This document shows, in pieces, positions 10,210 through 20,435 of a stretch of DNA of 64,000 nucleotides. Location: positions 1-64,000 of the IMG/VR virus record IMGVR_UViG_3300020576_005257; one strand, 5' to 3'. This stretch comes from a virus (lineage: Duplodnaviria > Caudoviricetes). The position numbers and the translations under genes were made by a program. Numbering within the stretch: the first letter of the stretch is position 1; each line of letters opens with the position of its first letter. The notes under the pieces were generated by a model. The model had not been told where the DNA came from. It saw nothing but the letters and a program-made list of their open reading frames with translations, and made no database searches.

Positions 10210-10295
10210 GGCCCGATGGTGGAACTGGTTTACACAGCAGGTTTAAGCCCTGCTTTCCGAAAGGATTGAGAGTTCGAGTCTCTCTCGGGTCACCA
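10210..10295 (+). tRNA. tRNA-Leu(UAA), nested inside the split tRNA-Leu
   Basis: GGCCCGA/TCGGGTC, GCAGG-TT-TAA-GC-CCTGC, long variable arm TCC-GAAA-GGA, A73-CCA. Confidence 0.93.
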
Positions 10296-10345
10296 AATCC
10301 GTTGACTGGGAAGTCGTATGGGTTCAAGTCCCTTCCCGAGTACCA
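10296..10345 (+). pseudogene. 3' fragment of interrupted tRNA-Leu
   Basis: AA-TCCGT-(GAC..GTC variable arm)-ATGGG-TTCAAGT-CCCTT-CCCGAGT-A-CCA. Confidence 0.85.
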
Positions 10346-10351
10346 ACTTTT

Positions 10352-10428
10352 GACCCGGTAGCTCAATTGGCAGAGCAACACCCTTTTAAGGTGGAGGTTT
10401 CCGGGATCGTTGCCTGGTCGGTTCACCA
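10352..10428 (+). tRNA. tRNA-Lys(UUU) with non-canonical T loop
   Basis: CACC-CT-TTT-AA-GGTG anticodon arm, A73-CCA; T loop ATCGTTG; C3:U70 mismatch. Confidence 0.82.
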
Positions 10429-10690
10429 ATTTATTAACATGAGACCAAAGAGAAAGAAGAAAAAGGATAACAGAAAGATTGGTAAAGACACTAAATTCTT
10501 TCGTAAACCTAAAATATCTATTTGGAAAAGTATTTATCCTTACTCAGTTTTAGGTTCTCTTAAAGGAGATCAAAATGCTGTATTAAATTATCTTATTGCA
10601 AGATGGTCTAAAACTAGATACAAAAGAAAACAGCAACGTATCTTAGATCTTGAAATACGTAAAATGCTTGAAGATGATTAAGGTAGTCTT

Positions 10691-10891
10691 ATGGTTCAAA
10701 TCTGTCCTGATTGGGATTCTAGAACATGTTCTTTTATTTTTAGAATCAAGAATCTAAAAGTACACTTTATCAGATCTATTCGTAAAGATAATATTGCTAT
10801 TAGTAAAGAAACTGCCTCTGTTAAGCTTCTTTACTATAATACTACTTTAGAAGAATTTATGCCTCAATATATGGACTTTACCTATATATAG
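10691..10891 (+). CDS. YxxxLEEF-family microprotein
   Basis: C-terminal YNTTLEEF. Confidence 0.6.
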   Translation: MVQICPDWDSRTCSFIFRIKNLKVHFIRSIRKDNIAISKETASVKLLYYNTTLEEFMPQYMDFTYI

Positions 10892-11908
10892 TTAAAGTAA
10901 AACAAGGTTAAAAAATGAGCATTGATCTACAAGAAGATATGTTCAAAGCTGTTAATGAATTAGCAGAAACTTTAGGTGGTTGGAAGGAGTAACATGATAA
11001 TTAAAATGACTTGTCCAAGATGTAACGAAGGACACCATACTAGATATGAACGTGGTATTCTATTTTGTGATAAATGTGAGACATCAATTATTAATATAGC
11101 TCTAGGTTTAGAGCAAGATAAACTAGATATTATTGAAGTTCTTTTCTCTCAGATAAAAGAATTGAAGAATGAAATTCACGATCTAAAAATGAGTCACCAT
11201 TAATTATGTTAAAAGATTGGAAAATAAGAATACTTAAAGCTCGCTTGAAGAAAGCCTACCAATATTTACTTGAGCTTGATGATGAACTTGGTAGCTCTGG
11301 TGGTGCTCATATACTAAGTCTAATATCCTCCAAATATCAAACAGCAGCTATGAATGTAGTATTATGTTTTGAAGCTTTAAAACCACTAGATTCTAAATGT
11401 CCAGATTGTCCAGCATGGATTGAAAATGCAGCTGGCAAACATCATTACAAAGAACAAGATTTGGAAGAGGAGCTAACAAAAGCATAATGTATTTAGTAAG
11501 AGTTACTGGTATTGATTATACAGTTCAATTAACCAATACAATTGATTTTCAACAAAAAGCTTTAGCTATTTGTGGTCATGATGATCACTGGTATTCTAAT
11601 AATTTCAGAGCATGTATATGTAAGAAACTTATTATCTCTTCCATAATAGAACCCTCCTTAGTAACTGTTGTTTTTGACTTTCTTAGGAATAAATTTACCA
11701 GCGAAGAGATAGAAATGGCTAAATCTTCTCTTTATATTCATATTGCTTCTGAGCCTATAAATGATGTAGGTATGGTTTTCCTTCCTGCTGGTATGCATTT
11801 TAGAGTTAAACTTGAGGATATTTTAAAACACCCAAAAATTGAAGATGCAAGACAACACTTGTTAAGCTCTAAATTTTAATTTTTACAGAAAAAATATCTA
11901 ACTTATTA

Positions 11909-12139
11909 ATGGACTTTTCATTTTTTAACAAGAGAAAAAAACAGCAACCTAATTTTATTGGTTTTAGTCCATTTGTAGGTTTTAGCTATTCTATAGATAC
12001 TTTTACCTCTGAAGCTTTGAAGTTCAATGATTCAGGATATATAGTTTCTTATATACATTATCCTAGTAATGCTTATATATCAAAACCATACTTTTCTTAC
12101 GACTTTTCTTTAGAAATATTTACACCTTTAAGAAGATAA
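11909..12139 (+). CDS. YxxxLEEF-family microprotein
   Basis: C-terminal YDFSLEIF. Confidence 0.6.
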   Translation: MDFSFFNKRKKQQPNFIGFSPFVGFSYSIDTFTSEALKFNDSGYIVSYIHYPSNAYISKPYFSYDFSLEIFTPLRR

Positions 12140-12581
12140 TGATACCTAGAAGATGTCCATCTGATAAAATCCATTGGGGGTCAAAGTGTGATTGTATCTC
12201 TAATAATCCTCTTTATTACCATTCTGGAAGATGGAATCTAACTGAGAAAGAACAATTTGATACACCACATTCATCTCTGTCTTTCTCTGGTCAAATGAGT
12301 GGTGTTGATCTATGGTTAGCTGGAGTTAAATCTGGTATACTACTTTTTCTTATTCTTGCTCTTATAGTTTTAATAGTAATTTGGTATGAAATTAACAAAA
12401 GATAATTATGATTACAAGAAACTTTTTAACATGCACAAATTGCCAAAAATCTGATGATACAGTTATTCAAGTAATTGATATTTTTCAGAGTTTTGATGAG
12501 AACAAAGATCTATTTCTTTGTCCAGATTGTTTAACTAATTATTCAGCTTTAGTTGAACCCTCCTAAAACCTAACTACCACT

Positions 12582-13070
12582 ATGAATCAAATACTCACTC
12601 CCAAAGGCATAACTATAGGTTCTATAGTTTCTGACGTACTTACAGGTTTTAAAGGAACAGTTACTGTTCTTTATCATTCCCGTACTGGCATCTGGCAAGC
12701 TCATGTTAGATCAAATGAACTGAAAGATGGAGCTATTCAAGAAGGACATTGGTTCGAAGAACCCCAACTTGAACTTGTTAACGAAGAATCTAAATTTAAA
12801 TGTCCTGATTATGAAGATACAGGCTTTAAATTCAACCAAAAAGTAGTAGATAAGATTTCTGGTAAGAAAGGTTTTATTACTGGTTTTAGTTATCATATTC
12901 ATGGTTGTACTACAATTGAATGTCGTATTGAGCATGAAAAAGATGCAGAGAAGTTTACAGGTCGAGTAAGTTTTGATCCACAGGACCTTGAAGCAGTGCA
13001 AAATCAAATAGAAGTAATGCCTGTTTCCAAAAGAACTGGTGGTCCTATCAATAGTTCTGTAAGAGCTTAG
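12582..13070 (+). CDS. hypothetical protein with two tandem SH3-like repeats
   Basis: GSIVSDVLTGFKGTVT / NQKVVDKISGKKGFIT internal duplication. Confidence 0.65.
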   Translation: MNQILTPKGITIGSIVSDVLTGFKGTVTVLYHSRTGIWQAHVRSNELKDGAIQEGHWFEEPQLELVNEESKFKCPDYEDTGFKFNQKVVDKISGKKGFITGFSYHIHGCTTIECRIEHEKDAEKFTGRVSFDPQDLEAVQNQIEVMPVSKRTGGPINSSVRA

Positions 13071-13097
13071 ATTTTTTTACTTGAAACAATAAAAAAA

Positions 13098-13424
13098 ATG
13101 AAACCTATATATGTAATCGCAATAGTAATTTTCATTCCACTTCTCATTGCTCTTTTATGGGCTTTAAGTATTGGTGGAATTGGTCTTTCAAAAGATCTTA
13201 ACAAACGCCAAGCTGATGCTAATCGTGATGTTTATCAACATAATGCAAGTTACGTCCTTGGTAAACAACAAATTATTGGTAAGTATTTAGCTGAATATCG
13301 TTTAGCTAAAACTGAAGATGATAGAGCAGCCTTACGTTCTGTTATCAACTCTGAACTAGCCACCGTGGATCGAGCTAATCTTGCCCCTGACATTGATAAG
13401 AATCTAAAACAAGAGGGATTTTGA
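13098..13424 (+). CDS. membrane-anchored hypothetical protein
   Basis: N-terminal TM helix followed by helical domain. Confidence 0.65.
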   Translation: MKPIYVIAIVIFIPLLIALLWALSIGGIGLSKDLNKRQADANRDVYQHNASYVLGKQQIIGKYLAEYRLAKTEDDRAALRSVINSELATVDRANLAPDIDKNLKQEGF

Positions 13425-13918
13425 AAACATTTATTATTTCGTTACTTACTGTTACTGTGTTAGCTGGTTGTATGCCAGATACTAATAGTACCTCTGATTC
13501 TAAAACTGCTAAGGAACAAGAAGCTTTAGTAGAAGAAGGCGTCAACCAAACAGGAATGCCAGCAATCGTTAACTTCCAAGAGAGGAAGTTAATGAAGATG
13601 ATCTATGAGAAAAGGGATCAAGCCGATTTAATTACCTATACATATATTGTTGATATGCAAGGTAAACGACATTTCCTTACAAAGAGTATGGGTTTTGGTT
13701 TACCCTATGGTACTCAATATAGTAATCCTGAGAAACTAACCTATATTTACAATCATGGTTATTTTACTCTTCCACAAGCAGAACCTAATAGTTTGTTTAT
13801 GCCAGACTCAGCAGCAGCTACTTGGGTGATGGCTATTCCTCCTAATGGTGGAGAACCTCAACCTATGTATGTTGAAGATAACATCTTAGTTTCCCTCTGG
13901 CCCTTAACTGAAAATTAA
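13421..13918 (+). CDS. lipoprotein
   Basis: signal peptide with lipobox LAG-C. Confidence 0.75.
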   Translation: MKTFIISLLTVTVLAGCMPDTNSTSDSKTAKEQEALVEEGVNQTGMPAIVNFQERKLMKMIYEKRDQADLITYTYIVDMQGKRHFLTKSMGFGLPYGTQYSNPEKLTYIYNHGYFTLPQAEPNSLFMPDSAAATWVMAIPPNGGEPQPMYVEDNILVSLWPLTEN

Positions 13919-14146
13919 GTTTTCCTAAAAACCTTTTAGCTTATGGTTTTTGGTGGTGTGAATTTTGAATCTAATTTTTTGGATTTTGATTATCTTTACT
14001 GGAAGCATGAAGAAGAGGATGACTATTTATCTCATTTTACTGTAACTAATTTTCATGGTATTTCAGATAGAATAGAATTTGATAATTCCATTGACTATGA
14101 CCATAAGCTAGAAATTTTGGATTTTATTAATCCTTAGGAGAAAACA

Positions 14147-14722
14147 ATGCTCTTTTTTACTAACGATTTTTTCAATGATAAGCAAATAGCTCTTTTGAGA
14201 AAAGCAAAGGACTTTGCTATTAGCAAGCATAATCTTACTAATTGCACTTATGCAGGTGAACCGTATTCAGTACATTTGGAACATGTTGTTACTGTTGCTG
14301 AGGAAATATTTGATAGTATTGAAGACGGCTTTACTGAATCTCAAATTTTAATAATTCTCCAAGCTAGTTGGTTACATGATGTAATTGAAGATTGTAGAGT
14401 AAGCTATGGGGAAGTCAAAGATAACTTTGGTGTTGAAGTTGCTGACATTGTATTCAATATTAGCAATGAACTAGGCAAAAATAGAAAAGATAGAGCTATT
14501 AGAACTTATCCTAAAATAGCTTCTTGTCCTCTTTCCACTTTTGTAAAGGTATGCGACCGTATTGCTAATACTGAATTTAGTAAAACTTCAGGCCATGGCA
14601 TGTACGAAAAATATATTTCTGAGTACCCACTTTTTAAGGAAGCTTTATATCCAACTGATAGGAAATTAAACTCAGATGAAAAAGCTGCTTGGAATAGATT
14701 AGAGGCTTGTAATATTCAATGA
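14147..14722 (+). CDS. HD-domain hydrolase, RelA/SpoT/Mesh1-like ((p)ppGpp hydrolase-like)
   Basis: AISKH...GEPYSVHL..V, WLHDVIED, FGVEVADIV, VKVCDRIAN. Confidence 0.85.
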   Translation: MLFFTNDFFNDKQIALLRKAKDFAISKHNLTNCTYAGEPYSVHLEHVVTVAEEIFDSIEDGFTESQILIILQASWLHDVIEDCRVSYGEVKDNFGVEVADIVFNISNELGKNRKDRAIRTYPKIASCPLSTFVKVCDRIANTEFSKTSGHGMYEKYISEYPLFKEALYPTDRKLNSDEKAAWNRLEACNIQ

Positions 14723-15009
14723 ACATAGAACTCTTAACTCAAAAAGTTTTTAAGATTCTAGAAGTAGAACTTGACCTTGATCTTTTTCTCAATATAAAAC
14801 TTACTGATCATTTGAAAGATGATCTTGAAGCTGATGAACTTGATCTAATTGAACTCTTTATGGCTTTTGAAGAAGAGTTTGCAATTGATATTCCAGACGA
14901 TGATGTAGTTCAACTAAAAACAGTTGTAGACTGTATAAATTACCTTGGACACAGATTAAATGTACATAATCTTCCTTCAAACTCACAATATTACTTGGAT
15001 ATAAAATGA
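14719..15009 (+). CDS. acyl carrier protein-like protein lacking the phosphopantetheine Ser
   Basis: DDLEADELDLIELFMAFEEEFAIDIPDD aligns with ACP helix II (DLGADSLD..ELVMALEEEF..EIPDE); DSL is DEL here. Confidence 0.85.
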   Translation: MNIELLTQKVFKILEVELDLDLFLNIKLTDHLKDDLEADELDLIELFMAFEEEFAIDIPDDDVVQLKTVVDCINYLGHRLNVHNLPSNSQYYLDIK

Positions 15010-15798
15010 GAAAAGTACAAACAAGAAAAGAACAAGTAGAATGGCAAGATCTGAATTTTGACGAAAGAGAATTGTTCCGGAAAGCTAATAACTTGGATGA
15101 TGCTATTAAAGGAGTTAATGCTTTTCTTAGAACTAATAGAGTAACCACGCTTAGTTGGATGGATTTACCTCTGTTCTTAAATTCTAATCTTTCAACTCAG
15201 AAACAGAACTCAAATTGTTTTGAACTAACTAACTTAGGAAAAGATTTAATGTATGAGATAACTATAGCTGAGTATGATGTTTCTTTCAATAGTATATCTA
15301 ATTGTATAAGAGTACATTGGGGAAGAAATAAACATAAAGAATCTGAAAAATCCTTAATGGAAAAATATTAAATGAACGATTTTACATTACATCCTTATTG
15401 CGAAGCTCTTAGAATAGCTTTTCATGAACGTAGAGTATTAAGAGCTTCTAACATAGTTTCCCTTCAATTTGATGAGCAGACTGAAATTTTCTATGATGAA
15501 TCTGATCAAGAAAAACTAGCTAATGATGAAGAAGCTGTTATTCAAATACTGGAAGAAGGGCATAAAGAATTTGGTATCTTTGTTCAGTCTAGTTCTGATA
15601 GTTTAGTTCCTACTTCTCAATGGCTTTTTAACTGTACTCCTTATAAGGTAGTTACTACTCTTAATGATTGTACAGAAGTAATCCAGTATGGCTGGGAACA
15701 CAAAGAAACTGGTTACCTTTATGATAATTTAGTGCAGCCTACGGAAGATAGTATATTTCCTGATAGGAAAGTAACACATTTCTTCTTTTTGAATTAAA

Positions 15799-16167
15799 AT
15801 GGAATCTCTGACACTTGATCCTAAAAATGAAATTTTGGATCAGCTATGCCCCATAGGTGGATTAGATAGTTTACCTCCTAGAATATATTTACTAAGAAAC
15901 GATACTAAGTATATTTTTATGTCAGTTATCCTTACTGGAAAGGATAAGATGAGATTGCAGTTACTTGTAGGATCTAAAACTGGTGATGAGGCAATTAAGT
16001 TTAGAGATAGCTTGGGATCTTTAGGTATTGCTAATCCAGCTGCTTTTGAACCATATCTATGTCCTTTTGAGGAAGCTAGAGAAATAGCTATTAGAAATAG
16101 TGCTGATGGTATAGGTATCCAAAAAGATGGTAACTTTCCAGAATCTCAAATACACTATGTAAAGTAG
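15799..16167 (+). CDS. hypothetical protein, paralog of 35581..35928
   Basis: shared PxxGL, FExARxIA and IHYVK C-terminus. Confidence 0.65.
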   Translation: MESLTLDPKNEILDQLCPIGGLDSLPPRIYLLRNDTKYIFMSVILTGKDKMRLQLLVGSKTGDEAIKFRDSLGSLGIANPAAFEPYLCPFEEAREIAIRNSADGIGIQKDGNFPESQIHYVK

Positions 16168-16169
16168 CT

Positions 16170-16598
16170 ATGAATGTAATTCTTTCCTTTGATAATGAAT
16201 ATTCTTTTCTTAGTAACTTTGCACCTTGTGAAATTGAGTATGAAGGTTTAAAATTTACTTCTCTAGAAGCAGCTTATCAAGCTGCTAAATGTGCTGATAA
16301 AACACAGATGATTCAGTTTACTACTTTGACCCCTGGCAAAGCCAAAAAGTTAGGTCAAATAGTAGATTGTGTAGAAAACTGGCATGATATCAAAGATTCA
16401 GTCATGACTACACTCTTAGAATCTAAATTTTCCAATAACAATCCATTACTATTAAAGAAGCTATTAGCTACTAATGGTATGGATTTAGTAGAAGGTAATA
16501 CTTGGAATGATACTTATTGGGGGGTTTGTGACGGTGTAGGTCAAAACAAACTCGGTAAGCTATTAGTAGCTGTAAGATCAAAAAGATTACAAGAATGA
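16170..16598 (+). CDS. NADAR (YbiA-like) protein
   Basis: FLSNF, EAAYQAAK, LVEGNTWNDTYWG, GQNKLGKLL. Confidence 0.9.
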   Translation: MNVILSFDNEYSFLSNFAPCEIEYEGLKFTSLEAAYQAAKCADKTQMIQFTTLTPGKAKKLGQIVDCVENWHDIKDSVMTTLLESKFSNNNPLLLKKLLATNGMDLVEGNTWNDTYWGVCDGVGQNKLGKLLVAVRSKRLQE

Positions 16599-17719
16599 AA
16601 TATTTAGGAATTCTTGACTATAACCCATCTATATTTAATTATACTACTAGAAAATTTATGCCTAAATATAAGTCTAAATTTCTTTTAGAATCCAAATATC
16701 CTTTAATATTTATTTCCAATCATAACCGATTCTTTCTCTCTGGTTATATTTATTATTGCTTTTTAGAAGAATATGGAATACTTGAAATTGATGGTTTCTA
16801 AAATTTACTCTTTTTTTGATTTTGATGAAAACTTATTTTATTATACAACAGGAGTATCTTTTTATATAGCTTGGTATAGTAATGACATTATTACTATATA
16901 TAGATCTGATTCTTTTCTTCGTTCCTATAGTACAACACTTGAATTTTTTGTTAGTGGCAATCTCATTTCATAATGCAATTCCAAGTATTCCATCAAACAG
17001 TTCATTTTGTTTATAGTGAATTCCCACACTATAAACATTTTGAGATAATAATTAAGCATATACATTTTAACTTGTATTGGTGGTATTCCCCAATACTAGA
17101 AGAATTTTATAAAGGAAATAGATCTGGATATGTCTTATAAGATTTTAGAAACACTTTATGAAAATACTGGTTCTGAAAATTCAGAAAGTTTGTATATTGT
17201 AGTTAGTAATAATTGTGTATACAAACTTAGAACCCGTCAAACCAAACAAGGAAAAGTTGATTTATTTCTTTCACCAGGTCAGTTAGAAGATGGGTTTACC
17301 TTTCCACTACAAGAAGTTAAATATCTAGTTAACAAACACAACTTAATTTTTGATAACTATGAAATATAAACACTTTTCAAATGTTTATTTTAATGCAACA
17401 TTATTCCCACACTTTATGTATGGTAAAGAGCTTAACTGTTCTTTAGGTAAGTATTTTTCTGTAAAAGGAATACTTTCTTTTAGATATGATCCTCAATTAG
17501 AAATGTTTTTTCCTGAGAACTATGATTTATAAACCTACTGAGTTTGCAGGAAGATATAACTATCATCATCCTATAACAAACAAACACGTTGATATCTGTT
17601 TGCTATACATATATACAGAACTACGTAGAAATATTGAATACTTTATTTCCTTTGACAAATCATTCTCTTCGTATCTTCTTTATTCTTGCACTTTTGATTC
17701 CTTTTTGGGAAGGTTTTAA
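16595..17719 (+). repeat. cluster of 5 YxxxLEEF-family microprotein genes (16595, 16773, 16973, 17350, 17522), interrupted by unrelated 17130..17369
   Basis: YYCFLEEY, YSTTLEFF, YSPILEEF, YDPQLEMF, YSCTFDSF. Confidence 0.7.
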
Positions 17720-19056
17720 CCTGCATCCCAAGCTGGAGTACCACTAGTAAACTTAGTAGCTCTTGTTAACTCTGTAATAGCAGTTTGAGCAAAAGTTAAA
17801 TAATCTTTGGTAAATAGTCCAAAGTCATATGTATTTCCTATTCGGTAATCCACATCATGTAATGTGAACCACATAACAGGAATACCAAACCTTATAGCAT
17901 TTCTTGCATAATGTTGGTACCAAATAGATCTGTCTTTTGGATTACCATATTTTAAGCTTCCAATTTCATTAAGAACAATACTTTGATTATAAGTATTACT
18001 CCAATTCTTCATTGTCTGGAAAATTGCTATAACTTCATTTTCTCCAAATACTCCACTATCTCCTAAATCGCTTAGAATAGTGGCTGCTACCCATGATCCA
18101 CCATTAGTAAGGTAAGTTCTAATAGCAGCAGTATTAGCAGTAGTAGCTGGATAAGGTACTGCATATCCACTTGCTGCTGATAAGTTTACTAGCATTGGCC
18201 AACTAGGACTAAATGGACTACCAGCATGCGTAAACCAAAATGGAGAATAACAGTGAATAGCTATAGCCGTTTTAGTATCACCAATTCTTGAAGTCCAATA
18301 AGCTAAAGTTTCTGGGCCAGAATAAGAATGTGTAGTTGCTATAATCCAATTATTAGGAAGTATAGGTCTTATATTGCTAATAACCTCTTCCTGCCTAGCT
18401 TTCCAAGCAGTAACTACATCTGCTACAGCCATAGCACTTCCAGTAGCAAAGGACCCAGGACTGTTCCAATTTGAAGTAGTTTTTATAGTTCCTATTTCAT
18501 TAGCTAATTCTAATGCTACTTTATGGGCTGGAAAACCTGTAACCATATTTGCTATTTCTAACAAATAGTTTTTCCATCTAGGTTCTTGATTATTTACAAT
18601 TCTGCTCCAATGCCAAGTATCTCCAGCTATATGGCATAGATCAAGCATAACTGTAATACCATGATCTATGAAAGCTTGAATCTTATCTTGTAGGAGAGTT
18701 TTATTAGTTTGTGTAATTGTCCAATTACCACCTCCAACTTCTAGAACACCGCTGCCTACTCCTGTAAGCACCGCAGGATCTGAAATGATTCTTACACTCC
18801 TAACACCATTATCATACATGGACTGAATAATATCATCAGAAAACCATGCTCTTCTAGTAACATCTGAAGATGGGCCATATGATTGTAACCAACCAGCAAT
18901 ATTAACACCCTTGTCAAAATCAGCTAAAGGTTGGTTCTCATAGAAGTCTGTCGTAGTATCATTACGAAGACTATTAGATCCAAAAATACTAGGAATTGAG
19001 GATGGATCACTCATTCTCCCTAGAATGGACCATATTTGTGGTTGTTCATAAGACAT
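17716..19056 (-). CDS. glycoside hydrolase family 5
   Basis: KGVNI, VRSVRI, VMLDLCH, LELANE (acid/base), HCYSPFWFTH, IVLNEIG (nucleophile). Confidence 0.88.
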   Translation of the reverse strand: MSYEQPQIWSILGRMSDPSSIPSIFGSNSLRNDTTTDFYENQPLADFDKGVNIAGWLQSYGPSSDVTRRAWFSDDIIQSMYDNGVRSVRIISDPAVLTGVGSGVLEVGGGNWTITQTNKTLLQDKIQAFIDHGITVMLDLCHIAGDTWHWSRIVNNQEPRWKNYLLEIANMVTGFPAHKVALELANEIGTIKTTSNWNSPGSFATGSAMAVADVVTAWKARQEEVISNIRPILPNNWIIATTHSYSGPETLAYWTSRIGDTKTAIAIHCYSPFWFTHAGSPFSPSWPMLVNLSAASGYAVPYPATTANTAAIRTYLTNGGSWVAATILSDLGDSGVFGENEVIAIFQTMKNWSNTYNQSIVLNEIGSLKYGNPKDRSIWYQHYARNAIRFGIPVMWFTLHDVDYRIGNTYDFGLFTKDYLTFAQTAITELTRATKFTSGTPAWDAG

Positions 19057-19528
19057 ACCTAAAATAGAGGTTTTAGTTAGTTAAGGAAATAAAAAATATG
19101 TCAATAAGAATGTGTGGATGTACTTCTAACTCTCAGGGTAATACGGCTGGAGCTGAATTCCAGGATAAACAGTATGGAAGAGGAAACCGGATTTATACTG
19201 ATGGTGGAAAAGAAGGTAAAAAGATTCGTTGTACAGTATGCGGTAAAGTAATTGAAACTGGAAAGAAGGATCCAACTACGGGTAAATGACAAGAGAACTC
19301 TTTTTAGCAATATATTGTACAATAACAATTCCTCCATTAATGTATTTCTTTTTCTATATGCTAAGAAATCACACAAATGGTCACACTAAACAAGAAGATG
19401 AAGATTTAATTAAAGGTCTCTGTGCCTTTACCTTTATAATATCAGTAGTGATATTTATTATTGGATATTGTTGGTGGGTTGTGTTTCCCTCAAGTAATAT
19501 AAAGTAAGGTTTCTTAGTAGGAGTAACT

Positions 19529-19786
19529 ATGAATAAATATACAAGAGTATCAATCTTGGTTCTAATTTCTATGACTGGAGTTTTTGGCTCAGTTTTAGCA
19601 AATATACCAGAACCACCTGACGAAAATGCTGAATTTAGTAAGTGCTGTCAGCTATTACCAAAAGGTTATAGGTGCTCTGATGCACAAAGTAAAATTCAAT
19701 GTTATAAAGCATGTCAAGCTGGTTGCGGTGATCCAGATGGGCTTCGCGGTAAGAAGTGTCGTCAAGCTTGTGATAGGTGGTTTTAA
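19529..19786 (+). CDS. secreted Cys-rich small protein
   Basis: signal peptide, 8 Cys in the ~60-aa mature part, AGGAG SD. Confidence 0.7.
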   Translation: MNKYTRVSILVLISMTGVFGSVLANIPEPPDENAEFSKCCQLLPKGYRCSDAQSKIQCYKACQAGCGDPDGLRGKKCRQACDRWF

Positions 19787-20218
19787 ATGTCGCATAAAAC
19801 TTTTGTAATTTCTTTGACCCTCATTTTAGGAATCTTTTTAGGTTATGGTACTTATAAGTGGCTTAATACACCCCAACATACCTATGCTTTTGAAGATTTA
19901 ATGACTAAAGCTCAAGTAGGTAAACTTGAAAGTTCTGAGAAAACTGAAGTAGACAAACTACTAACTTCTGATAATCCTTTAAGGATTCGAGAAGGTATTA
20001 GTATTGCTATGATGTACAAGGAACCAACCTTGGTTAATGAAACTGATTATAAGTTTAGGAAGCTAATTACTCATGAAGATCCTGATGTACGCTCAGGTGC
20101 CCTTATTGGCCTCTACAAGCTTCACTCAGACTACTATGAGACTGCTTACGCAACTATTGTCCCTGATAAAGATGGCTTAGTTCAAAATGCTAAGAATCTT
20201 TTAGATTCAAAAAAGTAG
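19787..20218 (+). CDS. membrane-anchored HEAT-repeat-like protein
   Basis: N-terminal TM; LITHEDPDVRSGALIGL HEAT-like repeat. Confidence 0.65.
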   Translation: MSHKTFVISLTLILGIFLGYGTYKWLNTPQHTYAFEDLMTKAQVGKLESSEKTEVDKLLTSDNPLRIREGISIAMMYKEPTLVNETDYKFRKLITHEDPDVRSGALIGLYKLHSDYYETAYATIVPDKDGLVQNAKNLLDSKK

Positions 20219-20312
20219 ATTTACACCACTACCAAAATTCAATTTAGGGGGTAAAACTGTCTATGAATTAAGATATAATATACTTCATACTCTTCTCCAG
20301 AAACCTCAAAAA

Positions 20313-20338
20313 AAGGGGGGAAACCCCCTTCTATTTTT
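20313..20338 (+). terminator. putative intrinsic terminator
   Basis: AAGGGGG-GAAA-CCCCCTT stem-loop followed by T-rich run. Confidence 0.55.
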
Positions 20339-20435
20339 AAAACCAATTTTTTTAGTTTCCCTTTTGGACTATGTATAGATGTTAAAAAACCTATGTGAAT
20401 GAGGATTTCTAAATCTTCAACTAAAGGCTACCAAA

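Noticed and set aside
13068-13100. TAG readthrough would fuse 12582..13070 in frame to 13098..13424
   Set aside because: Roughly one-in-three chance, AT-rich spacer looks like a normal leader, and the downstream protein has its own N-terminal anchor
13098-13918. Two-component spanin pair
   Set aside because: TM plus lipoprotein layout fits, but there is no adjacent lysis cassette and the lipoprotein looks globular
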